A DNA stretch of 64,000 nt from an uncultured Burkholderiaceae bacterium (lineage in GTDB: Bacteria > Pseudomonadota > Gammaproteobacteria > Burkholderiales > Burkholderiaceae_C). Where the stretch lies: NCBI GenBank assembly GCA_964478285.1, contig CAYZHE010000011.1, forward strand, positions 4,226 to 68,225, read 5' to 3'. Under the pieces are notes generated by a model. The model saw only the letters and a program-made list of their open reading frames with translations. It made no database searches and was not told where the DNA came from. The position numbers were made by a program, and so were the translations under genes. Of this stretch, positions 29,719-38,801 are shown piece after piece; the first letter of the stretch is position 1, and each line of letters starts with the position of its first letter.

Positions 29719-30966
29719 ATGACCACCATGACCGCCCCAAAGCGAGGCCTGCTCGCGATTTTTGCCTCCACCTTCTTTGAGTTGACCGGGGTATTCATGT
29801 TGCAGCCCCTCAACGTGCTCAGAGTCAAGGCTATGGGCGTCGATACCGCCACAGCAGGCTTGTTTGCAGCTGTTGTTTGGATCGCGATTTTCTTCATCAC
29901 ACCACTGGTATCGCATATCACCACCACCCTAGGCCGACGGCCGACATTGTGGCTGAGCGCGTTTGTACCCGTCGGGACTGGTTTGGTATTCGCGCTCAGC
30001 ACCTCCCTTTGGGCTTGGGTACTGGCGGCAGCTCTGGCCGGCATGTCCGGCGGGCTGCGCTGGATATTGGCCGAGTCTTTGGTTGCTGAATTTGCGCCGG
30101 ATCACAGGCGTGGCGCTTTGGTGGGCTGGTTCGAGACCATGGTTGGCGCTACCTTTGTACTCGGGCCAGTGCTCCTGAGTGCAGTCGGCGCAGATGCACC
30201 GCAAGCGGTGTGGGTGGCTTGGGTCTTTTTGTTCGTGGGCGCTTTGTTGTCTTTGGCGATCCCCGAATTGAAAGCGCACCACTGGGCTGATCAACGCGAT
30301 CATGCGCGAGGCGCCAAGGGCATTTGGCGTGCATTTCAAGCCGCACCGATCATCATGCTGGCAGGGTTTGCAGGCGGATTTTTTGAAGCCGGATTGACTG
30401 CCATGCTGCCCCTCTATGGCCTTGCGCTGGGCTTGGGCGCGGCCGGGGCAGCGTTGTTGGTTTCTGCCAGTGGGTTGGGCAGCAGCGTAGCCATGTGGCC
30501 AATTGGAAAATTGAGCGATGTGTTCGCGCGACGTGCAGGGGGCACAACTGCGGCCAGCGCAGAAGCCCGCTGGCTGCTGATGAAATACTGCGCACTCACC
30601 ACCTTATTAGCCACCTTGTGTATGCCTTGGGTGGCACCCCACCCGTTCTTGGCTTGGCCGGTGGCGTTTTTGTGGGGCGGTGCTGGAGGCGCACTCTACA
30701 CATTGGCCATGATTGACATTGGCTCACGAACCAAGGGCATTGCTCTGGAGAACGCGACCGCTGTGTTGGTCTTGAGTTACACGGCTGGTGGCATTCTGGC
30801 CCCCTCGCTTGGCGCCAGTGCCTTGCAATGGTCTCCACAGTGGGGGTTGGTTTCATTGCTCACTTTTGTCGCAGCCGCGCTCTACCTCGCCCTGCGGCGC
30901 CGACCCGCGTTGCCTATTGATCTGCGAGCCAGTGAGAGCCACCCACACGATCACCCCACACCTTGA
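29719..30966 (+). CDS. MFS transporter
   Basis: It is a ~12-TM hydrophobic protein with an MFS loop-like TTTLGRRP. The start is ATG 29719, or upstream at 29686. Confidence 0.8.
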   Translation: MTTMTAPKRGLLAIFASTFFELTGVFMLQPLNVLRVKAMGVDTATAGLFAAVVWIAIFFITPLVSHITTTLGRRPTLWLSAFVPVGTGLVFALSTSLWAWVLAAALAGMSGGLRWILAESLVAEFAPDHRRGALVGWFETMVGATFVLGPVLLSAVGADAPQAVWVAWVFLFVGALLSLAIPELKAHHWADQRDHARGAKGIWRAFQAAPIIMLAGFAGGFFEAGLTAMLPLYGLALGLGAAGAALLVSASGLGSSVAMWPIGKLSDVFARRAGGTTAASAEARWLLMKYCALTTLLATLCMPWVAPHPFLAWPVAFLWGGAGGALYTLAMIDIGSRTKGIALENATAVLVLSYTAGGILAPSLGASALQWSPQWGLVSLLTFVAAALYLALRRRPALPIDLRASESHPHDHPTP

Positions 30967-31036
30967 GCGCTGATCACAGCACTCTGCGCCACAATACCAA
31001 TGACCCATGGCGACAGGCCATGCTCCGGAGAATGAA

Positions 31037-32017
31037 ATGAACGCCGCTTTGCCCCTGTTGTTCGCCTTGATCGTGCTTTGGCTGTTGGTCAAGCGCCTCA
31101 CTATCGGCTACACCGTCGACGTCAGCGCAACCATCGAGGCGCCGCAAGCGCACGTGGATGTAATGATCGGTGACTTTGAACATTGGCTGCAATGGAACCC
31201 CTGGCTGATGCAAGAACCTGACGCCCAAATCACACTTGTATCACCTGACGCAATCGGCGGCGAATACCGTTGGCAGGGTCGCTTGATCGGCGCTGGAGTG
31301 ATCCGCCACTTGAGCCGAGCACCAGCCCACCAATTCAACATGGCGTTGAGCTTCTTGCGCCCGTTCAAGGCGCACTCACGCCTCGTCTTTGTGACCACTG
31401 CGCTGGACGACCAGCGCACCGAGGTCCGCTGGAAAATGCAAGGTCGCCTGCCTTTGATGATGGCACCCATGCGCACTTGGATGAGCAAAATGCTGGCAGT
31501 CGATTTCGAATTGGGATTGGCACGCCTCGGGGGTTACGCCAACCCACAATCCCCTCACCCTGTGATCACCTTCGGCGAGCGTGAAGACCGCGCGTCGTTT
31601 CACGCATTGGCGTCTAGCCACCACACCAGTTTGACCCATTTGCCAGAGGTGGTTGGCCCCGCCTTTGAAGCTTTGGTTGCCATCGCCAATGGCGCCATCA
31701 GCGACGCTCCCATTGCGGTGTATCACCGCATCGATGGCAAATCCAACTCGGTAGAAATGGAGGCAACCCTACCCGTAGAAGAGACCACGCCAGGGGCAGT
31801 GTTGATTCGCGGTGGCTACTATTTCAAGACGGTCCTGCAAGGTGACTATCAATTTTTGAAAGTCGCCTGGCACGCTGCCTACGGTCAGGCTCGGATGCGC
31901 AAATACAAATGGGATTCCAGCAGCCCAGCCCTTGAACGTTATGTGATCGGCCGAGCTCAATCGAATAACAGCAACGACTGGGTCACTGAGCTCTATATAC
32001 CCATCAAGGAGTCATAA
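31037..32017 (+). CDS. Membrane-anchored SRPBCC (START/Bet v1-like) plus GyrI-like small-molecule-binding domain fusion protein
   Basis: It has an N-terminal TM helix (LPLLFALIVLWLLV), a polyketide-cyclase/SRPBCC-like ~150 aa, and a C-terminal GyrI-like/AraC-effector-binding-like domain ending ALERYVIG...NDWVTELYIPIK. GGAG lies 6 nt before ATG 31037. Confidence 0.7.
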   Translation: MNAALPLLFALIVLWLLVKRLTIGYTVDVSATIEAPQAHVDVMIGDFEHWLQWNPWLMQEPDAQITLVSPDAIGGEYRWQGRLIGAGVIRHLSRAPAHQFNMALSFLRPFKAHSRLVFVTTALDDQRTEVRWKMQGRLPLMMAPMRTWMSKMLAVDFELGLARLGGYANPQSPHPVITFGEREDRASFHALASSHHTSLTHLPEVVGPAFEALVAIANGAISDAPIAVYHRIDGKSNSVEMEATLPVEETTPGAVLIRGGYYFKTVLQGDYQFLKVAWHAAYGQARMRKYKWDSSSPALERYVIGRAQSNNSNDWVTELYIPIKES

Positions 32018-32020
32018 GCC

Positions 32021-32377
32021 ATGCCTGTGTCTTTGTGGACGGCACTCAAAGTCATTCCTTGGAAGGACGTGGTGGATGCAGCCCCCGCTGTGGTTGCAGC
32101 CGCGAAGGCCCTGCGCAAAGGTCGTCCTGAAACACCCGCTGCGCCGAGCGCGGGTACCTCACTAGAACCGCAGGTATCACAAGTGCTGCGCGAGCAATCA
32201 GATCGGATCGCTGCGCTCGAGGCGACACTGGGCGAATTGGCGGAGCACCATGTTCGGCTGATCACCGCCATCGATGTATTGCGCACGCGCACCCGATGGC
32301 TGATGGCGGGTGTTGGCATCGCCCTTGGCATGGCGCTGCTGCTCGCGTACCGACTCGGTCAAACACTCAATATGTGA
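32021..32377 (+). CDS. Small hypothetical tail-anchored coiled-coil protein
   Basis: This 118-aa protein has AAGGAG 9 nt upstream and starts 4 nt after the preceding stop. It has a central heptad-like stretch (QSDRIAALEATLGELAEHHVRLITAIDVLR) and a C-terminal TM helix (WLMAGVGIALGMALLLAY). I recognise no family. Confidence 0.5.
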   Translation: MPVSLWTALKVIPWKDVVDAAPAVVAAAKALRKGRPETPAAPSAGTSLEPQVSQVLREQSDRIAALEATLGELAEHHVRLITAIDVLRTRTRWLMAGVGIALGMALLLAYRLGQTLNM

Positions 32378-32433
32378 GGCCAAACGTCCTCGCCAACTGA
32401 CCTCAGCGGAGGAGGCATCGGCACTCACCCGTT

Positions 32434-35400
32434 TCACAGCAGCGGCGCGATTGCTCTACCCGTATGCGTTGCGGCCTTGACCAAGCCCTCAGGCGTGGTG
32501 GATGCGACCAACTGCCCCCCCTGTTTACCGCCCTCTGGCCCCAAGTCCAACACCCAATCCGCTTCCGCAATGACATCGAGGTCATGCTCAATCACGACCA
32601 CACTGTGCCCCCCGTCCACCAACCGGTGCAAGACCCGAATAAGTTTCTCAACATCACTCATGTGCAAGCCCACGGTGGGTTCATCCAGCACATAAAGCGT
32701 GTGAGGCGCCTTTTGACCGCGGCGACCGACCTCATCGCGCACTTTGGTCAGCTCCGTGACCAATTTGATGCGCTGAGCCTCTCCCCCCGACAGGGTCGGC
32801 GATGGTTGGCCCAGCGTCAAATAACCCAGTCCTACATCTTTCAACAGCTGCAAGGGATGGGCGATCGCAGGCATCGCCGCAAAAAACTCAACTGCCTCAT
32901 CCACCTCCATTTGCAGCACATCACCAATGTGTTTGCCCCGCCAGGTCACCGCAAGTGTTTCAGGATTGAACCGCATACCGTGACAGGTTTCACACAAAAC
33001 TTTGACGTCGGGTAAAAAACTCATTTCCACAGTCCGCATACCCTGACCTTCACAGGTGGGGCAGCGGCCCTCACCCGTGTTGAACGAGAAGCGCGCTGCA
33101 CCATAGCCTCGCGCTTGAGCCTCCAGCGTGCCGGCAAACAACTTGCGCACCACATCCCAGAATCCGATGTAAGTTGCGGGGCATGATCGCGGCGTCTTTC
33201 CTATCGGCGTCTGATCAACCTCTAGAACGCGGTCAACTGCAGCGACGCCCTCAATGCGTGCGCAGCCCTGCCAGTTCATAGATGCGCTTTTATCGCGCCG
33301 CTGACCCACCACTGTGGCCATGTTTTGCAGCAGCACGTCGCGCGCTAAAGTTGACTTACCAGAGCCAGAAACCCCCGTCACGGCCACCAGTCGGTACAGC
33401 GGTATATCGGCGTCCACTTGTTGCAAATTGTGCAAACTCGCACCTTTGACTGCCAACCACTCCCCCTCAGTCCGATTGACAGAACGGCGCGGTTGCAAGG
33501 GATGACGCATGACGTCGCGCAAATAACGGCCAGTCAAAGAGCCATCGTGATTCAAAAGCTCTTGAACCGTGCCCTGCGCCACGACAGTACCACCTCGCTT
33601 GCCAGCCCCCGGACCGATATCAATCACATGGTCCGCTCGTCGAATGGTGTCTTGGTCATGTTCCACGACAACCAATGTATTGCCCTTGCTGCCCAGGCGC
33701 TGCAGTGCATCGAGCAAAATCTGGTTGTCTCTGGCATGCAGGCCTATGGTGGGCTCATCGAGCACGTAACACACGCCCTGCAAGTTGCTGCCCAACTGCG
33801 CAGCCAATCGAATGCGTTGCGCCTCCCCACCACTCAATGTGGGGGCCCCTCGATCCAGCGTCAAATAGCCCAGCCCCACGTCCTGTAAGAACTGGAGTCT
33901 CGACTCGATCTCCGGCAATAAATCTCGAGCGATTTGGCCAGCGCGACCATCCAGTTTCAGTGCTTGTACCCACGCATACACCTCAGCCACAGACAATCGC
34001 GCAATTTCATGAATTCCCACTCCTTCAAACCGAACCGCACGGGCTTGTGGATTGAGTCGGGTACCAAGACATGCTGGACATTCGCCCTCACCCACGCCAT
34101 CGAGCTCTGGCTCTGCAAAACTTTGCTCGCGGCCCCGCTGATCCGAACTGAACAGGGTGTCGTCCAACTCAGCGCGCTGGGCTTTGGACAAGGGTTTGCC
34201 CGTGCCAACGCAATCCGGACACCAGCCGTGCTTGCTGTTGTAGGAGAACAATCTTGGGTCAAGTTCTGGGTAGCTTGTCGCGCAAACAGGGCACGCCCGT
34301 AAGCCAGAGATCACCTCAATCTGTCCAAGGCCGACGGTGCTTTTGCCTGAGGTCATGGCATGAGCCAGTCCATCCAGCGGCGCCAGCAAATGCACCACAC
34401 CCTTACCTAAAGTCAGTGCGGTGAGCAGCAGATGCTTGACTTGCGCCTCCTCGTTCGGCTGTACCACAGCATCACCGATCGGCAGTTCTATGGTGTGTTC
34501 TTTGAAACGATCTATGCGCGGAAATCCATTGGTTGGCAGGAACTCGCCGTCGACACGCAGGTGGCTGTAACCCCGAGGCCGCGCCCACTCTGCAAGCTCG
34601 GTATAGACGCCCTTGCGGTTGACCACCAAAGGTGCAAGCACGCCAATGTGCTGACCACGGTAGTGGCGCATCACATGTGCCACCATTTGCTCAGGCGTTT
34701 GAGGAGCCACCAGAGCGCCGTCATGAACACAATGCTGCGCACCGAGTTTCACGAAAAGCAAGCGCAAGAAATGCCAAACCTCTGTCGTCGTACCAACGGT
34801 ACTCTTGTGGCCGCCGCGAGACAGGCGTTGCTCAATTGCAACCGTGGGCGGTATGCCGTAAACCGCATCGACCTCGGGTCGGCCCGCCGGTTGGACGATC
34901 GAGCGGGCGTAGGCGTTCAAGCTTTCTAAGTAGCGGCGTTGCCCTTCGTTGAACAAGATATCAAACGCCAGGGTTGACTTGCCTGACCCCGAGACGCCGG
35001 AAATCACGTTGAACTTGCCACGTGGAATATCGACAGACAATCCTTTGAGGTTGTGCTCTTGTGCATTGATGATTTGGATGGCAGGCGAATTGGTTTCGCG
35101 ACGCCGTGCCGGGCGCAACCGGGGAACTGGTGACTCACCCACACCCTTGCCACCCAGACCCATGGCCTCTTCATACTCCCTCAGTGCCTTGGCTGTATGC
35201 GACTTGGGGTGATCGCGCAGGCTCTCGGGCGTGCCCTGGGCCACAATCAAACCACCCGCGTCGCCACCCTCGGGCCCCAGATCAATGAGCCAATCTGCGC
35301 AGCGAATCACGTCTAAATTGTGCTCGATCACCACAATCGAATGTCCCGCCTCTAACAGCTTGCGCAAACTGCGCATCAACTTGGCGATATCGTCAAAGTG

Positions 35401-38154
35401 CAATCCTGTCGTCGGCTCGTCAAACAAAAACAGTTGCCCCTTGCGCGCAGTCGGTTGTCGGCTTTTGCTCGCGGTTTGAGCGGCTTGGGCCAGAAAGCCT
35501 GCCAACTTGAGACGCTGAGCCTCGCCTCCAGACAACGTTGGTACTGGCTGCCCCAAACGCACGTAATCCAAACCGACATCAACGATGGGTTGCAGGGCTC
35601 GAATCACTTCCGAATCTTTGGCAAACACTTGCACGGCTTGTGCAACGGTGAGTTCTAGAACATCCGCCACATTGAGTGGTAAATCTGTCTCTGGGTGGCG
35701 GCGATCACTCGCTCGCACCTCCAATACTTCGGGTCGATAGCGCTGACCATTGCAGTCAGGGCAACGGAGATACACATCCGATAAAAACTGCATTTCAACG
35801 TGTTCAAAACCTGATCCGCCACAAAGTGGGCAGCGACCATCACCACTGTTGAAACTGAATTTGCTCGAGGTGTATCCACGCTGGCGAGCCAAAGGTTGGT
35901 CGGCGAACAGTGCGCGAATGCCATCCCAGGCGCCGACATAGCTGATCGGATTAGAACGTGCCGTTTTGCCAATTGGTGACTGGTCGACAAACACCACGCC
36001 ACTCAAATGATCACCGCCGAGCAAGCGCTGGTGCGCGCCGGGTGATTCAGTGGCGACACCAAACTGACGCATCAGAGCTGGCGCCAGCACATCCTGAATC
36101 AATGTGGACTTGCCCGAACCCGAGACCCCAGTGATACAAACCAAACGCTGTAACGGAATGTCGACTGAGATGTTCTTCAAGTTGTGTTCCGTGACGCCCT
36201 CAAGAATCAATCGGGGCGTCGATTCGGAAACCATTCGTTTGAGGCCCATGCCAACCTGTTTGCGATTGCCCAAATAGGCACCCGTCAACGTATCAGCATG
36301 GCGCAATGCTTCGGGCGTACCGTCAAACACAATGTCACCCCCTCGCTCGCCAGGACCAGGTCCCATGTCCAAGACGCGGTCAGCCGCCAACATCACGGCT
36401 GGGTCGTGCTCAACGACCACCAAGGTATTGCCGGAGTCTCTGAGTTTGAGCATGGCTTCGTTGATTCGATCCATGTCACGGGGGTGTAAACCGATGCTCG
36501 GCTCATCCAACACAAACAAGGTGTTCACCAAAGAGGTACCGAGGGCAGTGGTCAGGTTGATGCGCTGCACTTCACCACCTGACAACGTGCGGCTTTGGCG
36601 ATCGAGAGTGAGGTAACCCAAGCCCACGTTGCACAGGTACCGCAGGCGCGATGTGATCTCCTCGAACAACAAGCTTTGCGCACGAGACTGGGCATCGTGG
36701 CGGTCTAAAGTCGTGGTTTGTAACTTTTCAAAAAATTTGAGCAGCGTGCTCATTGGCATCAGCATCAAGTCGTGCAAGCTCAAGCCAGGCAGAGATTCCA
36801 GTTGGGCTCTTGTCCATCTAACTCCCGCTGGCAAGAACCGAGCAGATGGCGCCATCACTGCATTCGCCTGTGCGTCATCGCCCAAGCGCCAAAGCAAGCT
36901 TTCGGTTTTCAGCCGTGCCCCTGCGCAAACCGGACAGGTTGTGTAACTGCGGTACTTAGAGAGCAATACTCGGATGTGCATCTTGTAGGCTTTGCTCTCG
37001 AGGTATTCGAAGAAACGCTTGATGCCATACCACTGCTGGTTCCATTTGCCTTTCCAATGGGGCGAACCGTTGATAACCCAATCTTTTTGCTCCTGGGTGA
37101 GCAGGCTCCAAGGGGTATCGCGTGGGACACCGGCCGTCTCAGCATGGCGCAAGAGGTCATCCTGACATTCCTTCCAAGCCGGTGTTTGGATGGTCTTGAT
37201 GGCGCCAGTGCGGAGTGTCAAGCGATGATCTGGGATCACCAACCCGTAATCCACACCAATGACACGACCAAACCCTCGGCACGTCTCACAGGCACCGACT
37301 GCTGAGTTGAACGAGAACATGGAGGGCGTTGGCGCTGCATAACGCAAGTCACTGTCTGGGCAGTGGAGACCTGTCGAAAACTTCCATACCTCGGGCTCGG
37401 CGTCCAGCGCATCTTGCGGGGTCGCCACGACTTGCATTTGCCCGCTGCCTCGCTTGAGCGCCAACTCGATCGCCTCCATGGCACGCGGGCGATCGACACC
37501 AGGCCATTTGAATCGATCGATGACGACGTCCAACACCTTGCGCACGCCCTCAGCACTGCTGACTTCGCGCTCGGCGTGCACCCGCGTAAAACCGCTCGCT
37601 GCGAGCCACTGCTGGACCTCCTCAGCGGTGGTCTTCGCTGGCAACTCGACAGCAAAGGTCACGTGAATGCGCCAACTTTGAACGCCCGCGCGCTGTGTGA
37701 TCTGCTCAAAAATAGTGTCAGGCGTGTCGTGTTGAACGGGCTGGGCGGTATCGCGGTCGAATAGCTGGGCACTGCGGGCGAACAAAAGCTTCAAGTGGTC
37801 GTTCAGCTCAGTCATCGTGCCAACGGTAGACCGTGAGCTGCGCACTGGATTGGTTTGATCGATCGCAATGGCTGGCGGCACCCCCTCGACCGCATCGACG
37901 GCTGGCTTATCCATGCGATCCAGAAACTGGCGCGCGTAGGCAGAAAACGTTTCTACATAGCGCCGTTGCCCTTCGGCGAACAACGTATCGAACACCAGAC
38001 TTGATTTGCCTGATCCGCTCGGTCCTGTAAATACGGTCAGTTCACCTGTGCGGATATCAATATCTAAGTTTTTTAGATTGTGCTGGCGAGCACCCCGTAT
38101 GCGAATCACGCCGGCTTCTGCATGCATTGGACTGGTTTTTTTAGGGAAGGTCAT
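32434..38154 (-). CDS. Tandem (double) UvrA-like protein of ~1907 aa: two fused UvrA modules with four ABC nucleotide-binding sites
   Basis: The ORF is uninterrupted. Residue numbers count from the track Met at 38313. It has four Walker A motifs (GPSGSGKS 97, GVSGSGKS 729, 1106, 1648), four LSGGE signatures, UvrA-type CxxC zinc knuckles, and IRIRGARQHNLKNLDIDI / IQIINAQEHNLKGLSVDI module starts. ATG 38154 (MTFPKK) is preferred because the upstream extension overlaps the usp gene and its terminator. Confidence 0.9.
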   Translation of the reverse strand: MTFPKKTSPMHAEAGVIRIRGARQHNLKNLDIDIRTGELTVFTGPSGSGKSSLVFDTLFAEGQRRYVETFSAYARQFLDRMDKPAVDAVEGVPPAIAIDQTNPVRSSRSTVGTMTELNDHLKLLFARSAQLFDRDTAQPVQHDTPDTIFEQITQRAGVQSWRIHVTFAVELPAKTTAEEVQQWLAASGFTRVHAEREVSSAEGVRKVLDVVIDRFKWPGVDRPRAMEAIELALKRGSGQMQVVATPQDALDAEPEVWKFSTGLHCPDSDLRYAAPTPSMFSFNSAVGACETCRGFGRVIGVDYGLVIPDHRLTLRTGAIKTIQTPAWKECQDDLLRHAETAGVPRDTPWSLLTQEQKDWVINGSPHWKGKWNQQWYGIKRFFEYLESKAYKMHIRVLLSKYRSYTTCPVCAGARLKTESLLWRLGDDAQANAVMAPSARFLPAGVRWTRAQLESLPGLSLHDLMLMPMSTLLKFFEKLQTTTLDRHDAQSRAQSLLFEEITSRLRYLCNVGLGYLTLDRQSRTLSGGEVQRINLTTALGTSLVNTLFVLDEPSIGLHPRDMDRINEAMLKLRDSGNTLVVVEHDPAVMLAADRVLDMGPGPGERGGDIVFDGTPEALRHADTLTGAYLGNRKQVGMGLKRMVSESTPRLILEGVTEHNLKNISVDIPLQRLVCITGVSGSGKSTLIQDVLAPALMRQFGVATESPGAHQRLLGGDHLSGVVFVDQSPIGKTARSNPISYVGAWDGIRALFADQPLARQRGYTSSKFSFNSGDGRCPLCGGSGFEHVEMQFLSDVYLRCPDCNGQRYRPEVLEVRASDRRHPETDLPLNVADVLELTVAQAVQVFAKDSEVIRALQPIVDVGLDYVRLGQPVPTLSGGEAQRLKLAGFLAQAAQTASKSRQPTARKGQLFLFDEPTTGLHFDDIAKLMRSLRKLLEAGHSIVVIEHNLDVIRCADWLIDLGPEGGDAGGLIVAQGTPESLRDHPKSHTAKALREYEEAMGLGGKGVGESPVPRLRPARRRETNSPAIQIINAQEHNLKGLSVDIPRGKFNVISGVSGSGKSTLAFDILFNEGQRRYLESLNAYARSIVQPAGRPEVDAVYGIPPTVAIEQRLSRGGHKSTVGTTTEVWHFLRLLFVKLGAQHCVHDGALVAPQTPEQMVAHVMRHYRGQHIGVLAPLVVNRKGVYTELAEWARPRGYSHLRVDGEFLPTNGFPRIDRFKEHTIELPIGDAVVQPNEEAQVKHLLLTALTLGKGVVHLLAPLDGLAHAMTSGKSTVGLGQIEVISGLRACPVCATSYPELDPRLFSYNSKHGWCPDCVGTGKPLSKAQRAELDDTLFSSDQRGREQSFAEPELDGVGEGECPACLGTRLNPQARAVRFEGVGIHEIARLSVAEVYAWVQALKLDGRAGQIARDLLPEIESRLQFLQDVGLGYLTLDRGAPTLSGGEAQRIRLAAQLGSNLQGVCYVLDEPTIGLHARDNQILLDALQRLGSKGNTLVVVEHDQDTIRRADHVIDIGPGAGKRGGTVVAQGTVQELLNHDGSLTGRYLRDVMRHPLQPRRSVNRTEGEWLAVKGASLHNLQQVDADIPLYRLVAVTGVSGSGKSTLARDVLLQNMATVVGQRRDKSASMNWQGCARIEGVAAVDRVLEVDQTPIGKTPRSCPATYIGFWDVVRKLFAGTLEAQARGYGAARFSFNTGEGRCPTCEGQGMRTVEMSFLPDVKVLCETCHGMRFNPETLAVTWRGKHIGDVLQMEVDEAVEFFAAMPAIAHPLQLLKDVGLGYLTLGQPSPTLSGGEAQRIKLVTELTKVRDEVGRRGQKAPHTLYVLDEPTVGLHMSDVEKLIRVLHRLVDGGHSVVVIEHDLDVIAEADWVLDLGPEGGKQGGQLVASTTPEGLVKAATHTGRAIAPLL

Positions 38155-38224
38155 GGGCACAGCTTGGCGTGAAATGAAGAGGTCAACCATTCTAGGGATT
38201 ACCCAGGGCAACCGCTGTAACCCA

Positions 38225-38248
38225 CAAAAAAGCGCACCCGAGGTGCGC
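38225..38248 (-). terminator. Rho-independent terminator after usp
   Basis: The minus strand reads GCGCACC-TCG-GGTGCGC followed by TTTTTTG. It separates usp from the double-uvrA gene. Confidence 0.6.
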
Positions 38249-38296
38249 CTTTGAACGACCGCAAAGCAGTCAACGATACAGCGTACGCTGCTGAAA

Positions 38297-38734
38297 TCAG
38301 GGCTTGATGACAAGCACCGGCAAGTCGCTGTGGGTCAACACTTTTTGAGTGACACTGCCCAAAATCAGGGCCTTCATCCCCTGACGCCCGTGCGATCCCA
38401 TCACAATCAAATCGCAATGCTCGGCTTCAGCCGTGTCCAATATGCCCTCATAGGTCGCGCTGCGTTCGATGGTATCGCCCTGGTATCGCACGCCCAATGC
38501 CTCCGCTTCGATGCGAATGTCAGTGAGGGCCTTTTGGGCAGCCAGCTGAACCTCTTCCATGTAAGCCTGGAGTCCTAGCGCGGAAGCCTCCCCCAATCCG
38601 ATATAAGGAAACGGATCAATCACATACACACCCACAACAGAGGCGCCCTGCAACTTGGCCATCTCGAGTGCATCCTTGGCAGCCTTGTTGGCCAACTCAG
38701 AGCCGTCCGTGGGAATCAAGATTCTGTTGAACAT
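38297..38734 (-). CDS. Universal stress protein (UspA family)
   Basis: This 145-aa protein has ILIPTDGSE...IVMGSHGRQG...LGSVTQKVLTHSDLPVLVI. Confidence 0.85.
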   Translation of the reverse strand: MFNRILIPTDGSELANKAAKDALEMAKLQGASVVGVYVIDPFPYIGLGEASALGLQAYMEEVQLAAQKALTDIRIEAEALGVRYQGDTIERSATYEGILDTAEAEHCDLIVMGSHGRQGMKALILGSVTQKVLTHSDLPVLVIKP

Positions 38735-38801
38735 GCTGGGTCTCCTTCGGTTGGGTTGGATTCATCCTACGCACCCATGTTGCGTCTGAGTTTGAGCCAA
38801 G

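Noticed and set aside
38155-38313. An N-terminal 53-aa extension of the giant UvrA-like ORF given in the ORF track
   Set aside because: The extension overlaps the 3' end of the usp gene and runs through the usp terminator hairpin (38225-38248). It has no UvrA similarity. ATG 38154 lies just before the conserved IRIRGARQHNLKN start region.
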